Position numbers and translations under genes: made by a program. From NCBI GenBank assembly GCA_004563595.2, contig CP042461.1, positions 1,020,001 through 1,052,000 of the forward strand: a stretch of DNA of 32,000 nt, in the 5' to 3' direction. Numbering within the stretch: the stretch's first letter is position 1; the number at the start of each line of letters is the position of its first letter. The notes beneath the pieces are model-generated. The model did not search any database and had not been told where the DNA came from. It saw only the letters and a program-made list of their open reading frames with translations. Source of the DNA: Candidatus Saccharimonadota bacterium. Its GTDB lineage: Bacteria; Patescibacteriota; Gracilibacteria; BD1-5; UBA6164. Below are positions 1 through 10,502 of the stretch, one piece after another.

Positions 1-162
1 AACTAAAGCTCATATAAGTCAGATTACTGATCTATGAATTCTCTCAGAGAGAATAATTCAAAAAGTAATTACAAATATAACTATACTTAACCAAAAACCA
101 GTTCCACCGGTTGTATGAGCCACCACTTCACTTACGATGAGTGCTCAAGTTCCTACTTCCAT
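1..162 (-). CDS. Integral membrane permease, N-terminal fragment (ArsB/NhaD/SLC13-like ion transporter); continues past window start
   Basis: ATG at 162-160 (minus strand). Table-25 translation MEVGTGALIVSEVVAHTTGGTGFWLSIVIFVITFGIILSERIHRSVIGLIGALV... is hydrophobic and helical. The SE(R/K)IHR..(I/A)(G/A)LLGA-type motif is typical of N-termini of this permease superfamily. AGGAGG lies upstream at 196-201. Sits directly downstream of a CBS-domain gene. Confidence 0.5.
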
Positions 163-214
163 TTGTTTATCAAATTACATATTAAATTAATAAACCTCCT
201 TTTTTTTATCAATT

Positions 215-664
215 TTAATTAATTCACAATTCAGAAGCTAACATTTTTTTCAATGAGCTTCTTGTAAAGACTCAAACTGGTGCCCCATTTTCATCTAAAA
301 CTGGGATTTTTGTTTGTCTTCATTCAGTAACAATAATAGCTGCTTCCATCATAGAAGTATTTATTTTAATTGCTTTTGTAAATGGCATCATAAAATCTTT
401 TAACTCTTTGTCTTGCACCTCTTGTAAACATTCATCAAAAAGAGAATCCGTTGTAAAATGAGCTAAATTCTTTTCATTTCACAAATATGCAGGTATTGCT
501 GCCTTTGTTAAAGTCACAATATCTATCCCTCATACAAGTTTATTTTCATTATCTACCACTAACAAAGAATTACAATTTTTGTCTGCCATAATTTGTAATG
601 CTTCTTTAAATGTAGATCATTGGTTTACCTTAATTGCATCTCTCATAAATTTTTTTATATCCAT
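215..664 (-). CDS. CBS-domain pair protein (149 aa)
   Basis: ATG 664-662 to TAA 217-215, length divisible by 3. Translation MDIKKFMRDAIKVNQGSTFKEALQIMADKNCNSLLVVDNENKLVGGIDIVTL...IPVLDENGAPVGVFTRSSLKKML shows two canonical CBS motifs. In-frame TGAs fall at the G of the LVG(I/V) CBS signature. Confidence 0.8.
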
Positions 665-733
665 TGGTTTCTATAAAAAAAATAAAAAGTGGACTTATCC
701 TAGGAGTTTTTTCCTGAAAATCAAGACATAATT

Positions 734-769
734 AAAAAAAGTATGATACTATATTTTTATCATACTTTT
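734..769 (-). terminator. Rho-independent terminator after the coupling-ATPase gene
   Basis: Stem aaaagtatgata (737-748) pairs with tatcatactttt (758-769), 9-nt loop. A T-run follows on the minus strand (A-run 734-740 on plus). Lies 6 nt past the stop at 775-777. Confidence 0.7.
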
Positions 770-774
770 ATTCA

Positions 775-3309
775 TTACTTTTCTTCTATTTTTTTATTTG
801 CAGCCTGCTTTTCTAACATTTCATTATGCTTCTTTGCTTTTGTTTCTTTTTCTTTTTGTTTATAGTCTTCTTTCTTCTTTTCCCATGCAAGCTCTTGCTT
901 TTCTAAGTCATTCATTGTCTTATTAATTTTCCCTTCTACCATTTTTCTGTCTTTTGAATATTTTTCACGACTTACTGAAAGTATTTTTTTATATCTCTTT
1001 ATAAATGCCTCATCGTCCTTTGGGTATGGAGCAAATGTTCCTGCTGAAAATATTGGAGAAGGCATTCAATCAATCAATTGTTTTAAATAAATCTTATATT
1101 TACTTAAGTTCATAAGATCTTCTTCTGATACTTCTCACGCTAAAACTTCTTTTAGTATCATAGAATCATGATATCATACTTGAAATGAAACTAAGCTTCA
1201 CACATTCCCAAATACTGCTCATCGCACTGATTCCTGCATTTGATCAATATATTGATTTGCCATTACAAGGTTCAATTTATATTTACGAGCCTCTGACAAA
1301 ATAGTCGCAAAACTGTCGGTAGCAAAGTTTTGAAATTCATCTACATAGAGATAAAAATCTTCTCTTTCATGTTCTGGAATATCAGCTCTACTCATGGCAT
1401 CCATTTGGAATTTTGTTACCATCATCGCTCATAAAAGAGCTGAGGCATCTTCTCAAATCTTCCCTTTTGAGAGATTTACAATAATAATTTTATTATTATC
1501 CATTGCCCACCTCACAGAAAAGGAATTTTTTGGTTGTCATAATATATTTCTCAAAATAGTACTTGATAAAAACTGTCCTACTTTGTTTAATATTGGTCCA
1601 GCTGCTTCTACTTTTTGATTTGGTGCCATTTTGGCAAATTCTCATGTCCAAAATTTCTTTACCACTGGATCAGTTATTTTATTTACCACCTTTCATCTAA
1701 ATACATCACTTGTGAGCATAAGTGGTATAGACATCAAAGTACTGTTTGGATATTCAACCAGTGCTAGAATGGTATTTCTTAATATATGTTCTAACCTTGG
1801 TCCCCAACTATCTCAAAATATTTTTTTAAATATTCATACAAGCCCAGATGCAACCAGGGGCCTTTGTTCTGGAGATACATCATCAAGCATATTAAATGCA
1901 ATTGGCCAATCTCTATCAGACGGATCAAATATAATCGTTTGATTGGTTCTACTTTTTGGAATATGTCCTATTACCGCTTCTGCTAAATCTCCATGTGGAT
2001 CAATAACAGCAACTCATCTTCCTTTATTAATATCATCAATGATCATATTTTCAAGCAATGTAGATTTCCCCATTCATGTCTTTCATATTACATATACATG
2101 TCTTCTTCTATCACTTGGTCACATACCGAAACTCATATTTGTCCCCCTGAAGTTTGTTTTTCAGAGTGGGGTTAAATTTGTTTCTGGAACAATGTCATCC
2201 ATTAAGTCTGGATCTACAATTGGAAGATTTGATGGTGGTTCAAAAGCTCTTGCTGATACCCAGTTTATTTGTGGAGTTTTTACATAACTTGTTGGAAGAT
2301 GTACTAATCCTGATAATTCATTTGTCGTGAGAATAAAATTCTCTTTTATATTTCTATTTTTCACCATCGCAATATCTTCTTCATCTCTTGAAATTGAATC
2401 AAACCTAAAAGAATTTTGTCAAAAATTTGAAAATACATGGAGTGTCGAAAATATTTCTCTAATAGAAGATCTTGCTTCGACTTCATCCTCTCATGCATGA
2501 ATTATATTAATACTTGTTTTATATCCTGACTTCGAAATTTTATTTAAAAAAGATGTTGGCATTTTTACTTTTTCATCTACCAGTCATGTGGAATCAGATT
2601 CTTTTTCAACTCTTTCTCCAGATCCGTCTTCAGAAGCTCCATCAATGCTCTCTTTTTTAAATAACAAAGCTATCAATTTAAAGAACAGGACAAGAGGAAA
2701 CAACAATATTTTTATAAAAATATAGTTTTTACTGAGCATTATGTTCTTTAAAAATTTTGGATAGTTCGAAGTAATGACTTTTACAACATGAGTAAGGTTC
2801 TTTTTCCAATCATTATCTGAGACTGGTGTGAAATTTACTTGAAATGTATTCAGTGTATACTTTCCTGTCCTCCCAAGAGCTGAGGTAATGGAAGAATATG
2901 GATCTACCATATCCTTTGATCCTTCTTCTTGAAGCTCTGTAAATGATTTTATAGGGTATAAAAAATGCTTTGAAACTCATACCTTCCCCACATATATTTT
3001 ATCATTTGGAACTTTATCTAAGTAATCTCATACTTCAAGTATTTCTACATCAGTATAATGAGCATACATTTGATTTTGAAGAAAGTTTTTATATTTTGTT
3101 GGTACCACCACAAAAAACCTAATCCTATTCCCTATTTTTGTAATTTCAAGGGAAAAGCTTGGTTGTTCTCAATTATTCTTCTTTTTTAGAATATGTTTTT
3201 TTTGTATATCATCGAAAACTTTATGAAGCACAATTAAAATATGCTCAAAAATTCAAGGTCATTTTAAGTTATTTTTATCTACAAGTATTTCTAATATGGC
3301 TTTTTTCAT
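775..3309 (-). CDS. TraD/VirD4/TraG-like type IV coupling-protein family ATPase (T4SS DNA-binding domain-type), 844 aa, orphan
   Basis: Continuous table-25 ORF from ATG 3309 to TAA 777-775, about 25 in-frame TGA. It joins track ORFs 2584-2910, 2161-2367, 1219-1425 and 775-1065, all in one frame. Walker A is IGKTGMGKST; both leading Gly are TGA (2085-2083 and 2076-2074). TraG-D_C-like region FYLYVDEFQNFATDSFATILSEARKYKLNLVMANQY. TM segment IFIKILLFPLVLFFKLIALLF. K/E-rich C-terminal tail. Confidence 0.9.
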
Positions 3310-3448
3310 ATATTTTTTGTTATTTTTTTTGCAATAAAATTACAGGTTTTCATCTATAACTACACAAAAAATAATAGACATGTTTCCTTCAAAAGAATTC
3401 CTCTTCTAGTCTTAATTTTAGTATAACATACTTTTTAGTATTTTAAAA

Positions 3449-3910
3449 TTATTCTCCTATTTTTCTTCACCATACTCAATGGAGAGAACATCTTACTCTT
3501 ATTTCATAGCTTCATAGGTCATCAAAATCAAATTCTACCACGGGGTCTTCATCTATTCATAAAAATTTTTCCTCAATTAAATCTCAATATTCATCATATA
3601 AGGATATTGAAGAAACCCTATGTGAATCTCACATAGGATGAATCCCGTTTCAGATTGAAACAATTAACTTATCCCCTTTTATCTCTATCTCTGGAAAATG
3701 ATCTATTTCTAAATCGTATAAATGAGTATTTCCATCAAGATAATTAATTTCTTCTGTAATTTCATGAAAACTATCTCTCCCTTCTCAACAGACAGGGCAA
3801 GTATATGTATCTCACAGGTCTTCAAACTTTGTAGAGAGATCTATCTCTTCTATTCCGTCTCACTCTCATTCATCGTAAATATAGTTACAGTTTGTACATA
3901 AGTATCTCAT
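3449..3910 (-). CDS. Rubredoxin fused to superoxide reductase (neelaredoxin/desulfoferrodoxin centre II domain), 153 aa
   Basis: ATG 3910 to TAA 3451-3449. N-terminus MRYLCTNCNYIYDEGEGDG...YTCPVCGEG carries the rubredoxin CxxC...CPxCG motifs. The C-terminal half has the SOR iron ligand motifs EIDHFP (like EKHVP), GIHPMGDSHRVSSISL (like HPM..EH.I.WI) and RCSLHGVW (like C.LHGLW). Confidence 0.85.
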
Positions 3911-3918
3911 AGGTATTG

Positions 3919-3942
3919 ATATTATTACTAATATTATTACTA
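3919..3942. repeat. Perfect 12-nt tandem duplication ATATTATTACTA x2 in a divergent promoter region
   Basis: atattattacta occurs at 3919-3930 and again at 3931-3942, between the SOR-fusion start (3910, minus) and the nucleotidyltransferase start (3989, plus). Confidence 0.6.
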
Positions 3943-3988
3943 TTCATACTAGTCCAATACAACTTATTATCAATTTTTTATTCTCAAT

Positions 3989-4702
3989 ATGATATTCTCA
4001 CCCTGAAACATATCTCACGAACAATTCAAAAAATATATCTGAATACAAAATACTCCCTGAAAATGGGATACTTTTTACTCTGAAAAAACTCATAAACACA
4101 TCAACTACATCAAATGGATTCCATGACTCAAAATGATTTGAATATGAAATAGTATTTCTATGAATTGTGCTACAAAAGATTCTGACATTGATCTCTTTAT
4201 AGTAACTTCTCCTAACAGACTTTGGCTTGTAAGAATACTTATTACCCTTATATTTCAAATACTCTGAGTTCGCAAAACAGCAAAAAAACATGCAGGAAGG
4301 TTTTGTCTAAGTTTTTTTGCTACTACTGATGGACTTAATTTTTCTTCATTTGCACTGAAAGATGATATATATCTTTATTTTCGGATTCTTTATTTTAAAC
4401 CAATACTAGATTTTGATAACACATATCAGTCTTTTTTAGATAAAAATTCTTCTTGGTCTGATTTTTCTGAGTACAAAAATATTATAAATAATCATAAGCC
4501 CGGTATCAAGTTCATAAAAAATACTTGAATACAAGAATCGAGGTTTTTAACAATTGTAAATAACTTGTTAAAACGAATGTTAATAACTAAAACGCAGAAA
4601 ACATTTAAGAAGATATGAAAACCTTATTGAGTTATTATAAACGATAATATGTTGAAATTTCATAATAATGATATAAGAGAAAAAATAAGAGATGAACTTT
4701 AG
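3989..4702 (+). CDS. Pol-beta-superfamily nucleotidyltransferase domain protein (237 aa)
   Basis: ATG 3989 to TAG 4700-4702. Translation ...IKWIPGLKMIGIGNSISMNCATKDSDIDLFIVTSPNRLWLVRIL... shows the G-x-S ... D-x-D minimal nucleotidyltransferase signature. The antisense track ORF 3998-4291 is an artefact. Confidence 0.7.
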
Positions 4703-4719
4703 TTCATCTCTTATTTTTT
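4684..4719. terminator. Bidirectional hairpin terminator shared by convergent genes
   Basis: Stem aataagagatgaac (4684-4697), loop ttta, stem gttcatctcttatt (4702-4715), flanked by an A-run and a T-run. Contains the TAG of the plus-strand gene (4700-4702) and the TAA of the minus-strand gene (4713-4711). Confidence 0.75.
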
Positions 4720-6021
4720 CTTCATTATTTTTACATCAATATTTCCTATCTTTGCATTCTTTACTTCTCATACTTCACAATTTAAAACTTGTTTTTCTTT
4801 TTTATCACTTCTTTTAATATCAAAGTTTATCACTTCTCAAGTATCAGGAAACCCCTCTAATACATGAGTAATAACAAAACTAAATGTCTCTCCACCAAAT
4901 TCTCTTTCATCTAGTCAAATATGCTCTAAATCTAAATCAAATTTTTCTAATAAGTCTTCGATTAATACATCACTTTTTACCCTCAAGGAATTATCTCATA
5001 GCTCTTTTATTTCATCTACTTCTTTATCTGTTTCATCTCTAATCTCTCAAAAAACTTCTTCGATAATATCCTCAATTGTTATCAGTCATGAAACTCAACC
5101 ATACTCATCAATGATAATAGCCATAATTTTATGTGATTTTTGAAAAGTTTCTAGCAATATTGCAATTGATTGATTGAGAGGAACCTTTAATACTTCTTTT
5201 AAATTTATATCTGATATTTTCGTTTCTAGATTCCCTGCAGAAAATTCTTCTACTAACTCTCTTGCTGTAAGAAAATAATCTATTTTATCAATTGTTTTTG
5301 TAAAAACTGGTATCCTACTATGAGTATGACTCAAATAAAATTCCATAGCCTTTTTAACAGTAGTTTCTGATGAAAGAGCTTCTATTTTTACTCTTGGTGT
5401 CATTATTTCCTCAACTATTGTCTCATCAAACTCAAGAATATTTTTTATTTTTTCATGTTCATGATCCTCTAAACTTCCAGATTTCCTTCACATATCAATA
5501 AAACTCTCTATCTCTTCATCTGTCATCTGTTCAACTTTTTGTTTTCATGAAAACACCTGAATAAGAACCTCCATAAAAGAAATTATGGGGTATAGAATAA
5601 GCATTAAAGTCTTATAGATAGGAGCAACAAATAATGATATCCTTGCTGCATTTTTTGTTGCGATACTTTTGGGAATTATTTCTCAAAAAAGGAGTAATAG
5701 AAAAGTAACAATTCAAGTAGATATTCAAATTGCTGTTGCTTGACTCAAGCCTAATCATGAGTTTGTGGCCATAGAAATAGCTATAGAAGTAGCGAATGCT
5801 GCAGTAAAGGTATTTACAAGGTTATTTCAAATAAGTATAGCGATAAGAAGCCTATCATTATTTTCTTTAATTTTTTTAAGTGATTTTGATCAATATTTTC
5901 ACTCTTTTACTAATGCTTCAATTTTATGAGAAGCGAGACTCATAAGCGCAAGTTCAGTCCCTGAGAAAAAGGCTGACAAAAGAAAAAGAAATATAAACAA
6001 TACTATAAGTAAAGGGTCCAC
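4711..6021 (-). CDS. HlyC/CorC (CNNM) family transporter: DUF21 + CBS pair + CorC_HlyC domain, 436 aa
   Basis: GTG 6021 (in-frame TAA four codons upstream) to TAA 4713-4711. N-terminus VDPLLIVLFIFLFLLSAFFSGTELALMSL...NDRLLIAILIGNNLVNT is the DUF21 signature. Includes track ORF 5095-5403 (CBS region ...[28 protein letters not shown]) and a C-terminal CorC_HlyC-like domain. Confidence 0.9.
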
Positions 6022-6092
6022 AAGCTTTTTTTAATATTAAAAGTAATTTTGACGATTATTCTATAATTTTTCCCTGATTTGTAAAGGAAAAC

Positions 6093-7724
6093 TTATTTAT
6101 TTCCAACAACGGTAAAATTATCTCAAATAAAGTTTCTTTCTGGTCCAATAATGATATGATTTGCCATAGCCTTTATCGTAATTCATGAATCATCAATAGG
6201 GTTTATATATATTCAGGTTCATGTTTCAGTTTCTGCTTCTACTCTATATGACATAGTTCAAGTAGAAGTGTTTGAAACAAAAATTCAATAGTCGTTATTT
6301 TTAAAATCAAATACATATTCATTTCATGTTTTATCTTTTGAAATAGAAAGAACTCAAGATGAACTTTTTTGTATATATCATCTATAATCTGCAAGACCTT
6401 CAACTGAATAACTCGCTAGAGGAAGAAGTGTAAACTGATTTTGATATGCATCCCTATCAAATTCAAGTATTTTTAGATTATAAAGATTATTTGTTTTATT
6501 ATAAGTATCTAGAATCACATACCCAGTTGATGTGTCTCATATTTTGACATTAAGGGTATCATTATTATTTATATTTCCTGAACTAAAAGCATTTGTTTTA
6601 TAGTTATTCCAAAAAATATTATATTGATCTTCTCAGACTGGAATACTTCAATAAAATGTTTTTCTTGGGATAACATCGTCATCTTGAAAACCATCTGGAT
6701 AATACACTCCTGACCCTCAGGTTACTTTATAATCATCATTATTAAAATCATCATCTAATCAATCTTCTCACATGATACCATCAGATACAAAACTTAAGTA
6801 CGTTGAATCACTATCTGTAAAATCTCTGTCTCATTCCCATATTTCTTCAGATCAAATACTCTCAAGTTCATATACTTCAAACTCTAAAACGTCAAGGTAG
6901 CTAAAATATGTTTCAAGTGTAATAGTTGCTGTATCATTTAACAAGCCTCTTGTTTTCAAGTCTATTTCTTTGTATGTTTCTCCATCCATTCATGACAAAC
7001 CTATACGTTCTACTTCAAACCCTCAACTATCTCTGAAAACAATATCTCAATAATCCCAATACAATGATAACCAAGATCTTGAATTCTTTTTAAGAATTAT
7101 TTTTCAAATACTTTTTTCTCATCCTGATGAGAAGTCAAAGGTTATCCATTCATAAAATCATGCAAATAGACTTTCAAATCAAGTACTATCATTTCCATCA
7201 ATAGCTTTTTCTTTTGTATATGAGAAATACTCCAATGATGATGACACTACATCTAAAGCTGATTTCGTTCACTTCAATCATACATCTGTATACTCTGTTT
7301 GTTGAATATTAACCAAGTCCCCATCATAATAGGCTGATTCAAACGAATTAATAAGTGAATCAAAATAAATCCTTAATTCTTTACTATTATAGGTTCATTT
7401 ACAGAAGATACTCCCTGCTGCATAAGTCATAACAGTTGAAATATTTGTTCCTGATGATGTTGAACCACTCATAGTTATGTTTGTCGGACACGAGAGTGCG
7501 TCTAAATTTCAATTTCAGTTTCAATTATATTTTTTGATAGATTGAAGAGCTATATGTCATTTATCATATATTTCACTATATACCTCTTCTGAGTTCGCTC
7601 ACACATCAATATGGTTCGTGAGAACAAATATATTATTAAATACAAGTACTCACATTATAAGTGCAATATTTACTAACATAAGTACATAAATAAGTACACT
7701 CCCCTTGCTTTGAAGAACTTTCAT
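6093..7724 (-). CDS. PilX/GspK-like pilus-associated protein with N-terminal hydrophobic anchor, 543 aa, otherwise unknown
   Basis: ATG 7724 to TAA 6095-6093, length divisible by 3. N-terminus MKVLQSKGSVLIYVLMLVNIALIMGVLVF resembles PilX/GspK-type (R/K)GS.L......L anchors. The remainder is an acidic, Asn/Ser-rich domain with no family I recognise. Lies 12 nt downstream of a minor pilin gene on the same strand. Confidence 0.65.
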
Positions 7725-7736
7725 ATGATAAAACTT

Positions 7737-8357
7737 TTAAAAATCTAGAATAAATTGTATTGTCTTATCTGATGATACCATACTTAATGGTATTCCGTCA
7801 AACTCTTTTACATAGAAAAAGACAGTGAAATCTACTTCCATTATTGCTCAACTATTATAGTAGTCCACTTGAAAATTTTTCATATTTAACCCATCAAAAA
7901 TTTTATCTTGATGAAATGAAATATCATATGTACTTCATGAATTTGTTTCTATCTCTGTTATTTGTGCTGCGCTTAACTCCGCATATCACAATACCTGATC
8001 AGAGTATACCAGAGAATCATAGTTTGTTTCCAATTTCATAGTCTCAGTATCTACGATTCAAAAAATAACTCCTTCAGATGAATCAATATTTTTTAAAAGA
8101 AGGATATCGTTTCACAATCATGAAGCATAATCTATAAACCCAGTAGATGAAGTGAGTCCTCATCTCGTATATTTATTTAATGTATCAATAAGGTCATGTC
8201 ACTGCCTCACTATTTCTGTTTTTTTGTTTGAAATAGTCATCACTTCTATACTATCTGCAATAAATATTGATGTAATCAATAAAACCACAGCTCACATAGC
8301 TACTGAGATAACTAATTCTATAAGTGTCAATCACGATTTTTGCTTTAAAAGTTTCAC
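7737..8357 (-). CDS. Prepilin-type N-terminal cleavage/methylation domain protein (minor pilin), 206 aa
   Basis: GTG 8357 (TAA upstream, no in-frame ATG) to TAA 7739-7737. N-terminus VKLLKQKSGLTLIELVISVAMGAVVLLI has the class III signal peptide motif G|LTLIE. The G at -1 is a TGA codon. Confidence 0.8.
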
Positions 8358-8421
8358 TATTTGTAAGTTTTAAATATAATATATTCTAAACAGAATTATA
8401 ATTAATTTAGATATTTTGCAA

Positions 8422-9708
8422 ATGATAAAAAGTAAAAGAGCTGAGAGTCTTGTCTGAATAGTGATAGGAGTTTCAATACTCGCCTTTATTCTTATATGAA
8501 TAGTAAACGTCCTTTCGTTTTACCGTGATTCCTCTAATAATTTTGAAGATACTATCTTTACATACATTATTGAGCAAAACAATAGTAATATATTGAAGAA
8601 ATTGGATCTTAATCTTGAAAATGATGAAGATTTTTATCTTTATAGAGATTCAGTAAATAAAGAATTCAAAGTTTTAACCTGAGCCCTCAACGAAGATTAT
8701 AAATATGTCGATAAACTCTGAAATAAAATAGATGTATCTGAAAATCTCTGAAAAGTTTTCAATCTCGACTTTACAAGAAAAATGGATATTCTCAGAAATT
8801 CAATAGATCCTTCGGAAATACCAAATATCGTTTTTCATTTTGATGCTCAGAATATTGATTGAACAAATAACTCTACTTTCAATGATTGAGACCTCGTTGG
8901 TACATGGACTGATATAACCGGAAATTGAAATGATGCGACAGGAACCAAAAAGCCTGAATACAGTACTGGATCAATAAACAACTTCCCTTTTGTTAAATTT
9001 GATGGTACTGACATATTAAAAATAACTAACAATATAAACATTAATAATGATAATATTTGTGGAACAGACCTTCTTTTCAGGGAAAAATCATACGCAATAG
9101 CATTTAAAACTTGAAATGCAGTCAGCTGAACTCAATATATATATGAACAAGGGGCACATGCAACATGATATAGTTTTTCTATTCATGACTGAGACATTTA
9201 TGCATGAATCTATAATAATGCTGATACATCATACAGTTGTTATTATGATTCATCTCAAGATTGGGATAGCTGACATAAATTTAAATCTGTAAATTTATGA
9301 GAAGCACTTCCAGATACAATTTACTATATAATGATTGTTCAAGACTCTACACATATAGATTCATGATGAACCTATATCGATACAAATAACACTCTTAAGA
9401 TTTACTTAAATTGAGAATTAGTAGATGAGACAGATCATGTAGACCCTATGCCAGAGCATAATGATATTGGTTTTTGATGAGTAAATGAGGAAACTGTCTA
9501 CCCATGGGACACAGGAAGCCCCCAAACATGTAGCGAATGTGATTACTTTACATGATGAATATGAGAATTTATCTCATGGAATCATGCATTAACTCAAACA
9601 GAAATAAGATGAACGCTTAACTACTTTAAAGAAAGGTGGCTCTATGGAAATCAAAATATTGAGTATAATGTAACGGAGCTAGATTCTTCTAAAAAATATA
9701 ATTATTAA
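8422..9708 (+). CDS. LamG/concanavalin-A-like lectin domain protein with degenerate pseudopilin-like N-terminal anchor, 428 aa
   Basis: ATG 8422 to TAA 9706-9708. N-terminus MIKSKRAESLVGIVIGVSILAFILIGIV. C-terminal region ...FKTGNAVSGTQYIYEQGAHATGYSFSIHDGDIYAG...LKIYLNGELVDE...GGIGEFISWNHALTQTEIRG matches the LamG-like jellyroll pattern (IYLNG..., G.I.E..IWN.ALT..EI). Confidence 0.7.
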
Positions 9709-9728
9709 TTAATCCTAATTTTAAAACT

Positions 9729-10502
9729 ATGAAATATAATATAAAGTGATTTACATTTGTCGAGTTGATTGTTGTAGTAACAATTATCTGAATTTTGAGT
9801 ACCATTTGATTTTACTCATATATTGACTTCATTGCTGATTCAAGAGATTCACAAAGAAAATCAGATCTTGCAAAAGTTAGTTCAGCATTAAAAATATACA
9901 AACAAAAAAGGTGATTCTATGCAGACCCATGAGATTCTTTTACTATCACAAACAGTGGAACTGTAGTGATCAATCAATGAAAGCTTAATGAAAATGTGTT
10001 CCTAAACACACTTGATAAACTCCCTTCTGATCCAAAAAATGGAGAATCATACTTTTATTCAACTACCGTTAATAAACAAGAATTTCAAATTGCAGGGACC
10101 TTAGAAAATGGAGATAATAATATTAGCCTTTTGGATTGAAATTATAAGTCTGTATCGTCAAATGTCCTCCCAACAATAATACTTGCTATCACTTGAGAAG
10201 ACAGTGTAGAAATTCATGATTGAATCTGAACAGGATCAACAAATAGAATAAAGTTCATATTTGATAATTCAAAACATAACCTCCCTTATACATTTGATGA
10301 GCCATACTCGCCTTATTCTGACTGAACATCTTTTACAAGTTTGATGAATGATGAAACTATTAATTTTTGGCAAAATAGCGATTATAGAAACTGTACTGAA
10401 ATAAGCGAAGCCTGAAAAACAATATCTTCTACATGAATCTCCGAAGAGTATCAAATTGTTTCTGGATCATGAGAGCTTACAAGTACGGGTTGTACATTCT
10501 AA
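9729..10502 (+). CDS. Type IV pilin / GspG-like pseudopilin (candidate major pilin), 257 aa
   Basis: ATG 9729 to TAA 10500-10502. N-terminus MKYNIKGFTFVELIVVVTIIGILSTIGFYSYIDFIADSRDSQRKSDLAKVSSAL has the canonical G|FTxxE prepilin site. The -1 Gly is TGA at 9747-9749, followed by the hydrophobic alpha1 helix. A C-terminal Cys pair (NCTE...TGCTF) is present. Confidence 0.9.

Noticed and set aside
1394-2287. Plus-strand track ORFs 1394-1618, 1631-1942, 1943-2287 and 1993-2175.
   Set aside because: They are antisense to the well-supported coupling-ATPase gene, and their translations are low-complexity (Ser/Phe/Ile-rich). The same applies to 10596-11012 (antisense to hisS), 13130-13471 (antisense to the pilin-propeller gene), 22056-22487, 22512-22706, 23094-23531, 23838-24074 and 24150-24386 (antisense to the peptidase gene or tex), 27178-27405 (antisense to miaA), and 29111-29443, 29456-29641 and 29697-30095 (antisense to rplJ/rplL).
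775-3309. The coupling-protein gene as a marker of an integrated conjugative element or plasmid segment.
   Set aside because: There is no relaxase, VirB4, integrase, transposase or flanking direct repeats in the window. Neighbours are housekeeping-type genes, and codon usage (heavy TGA=Gly) is native.
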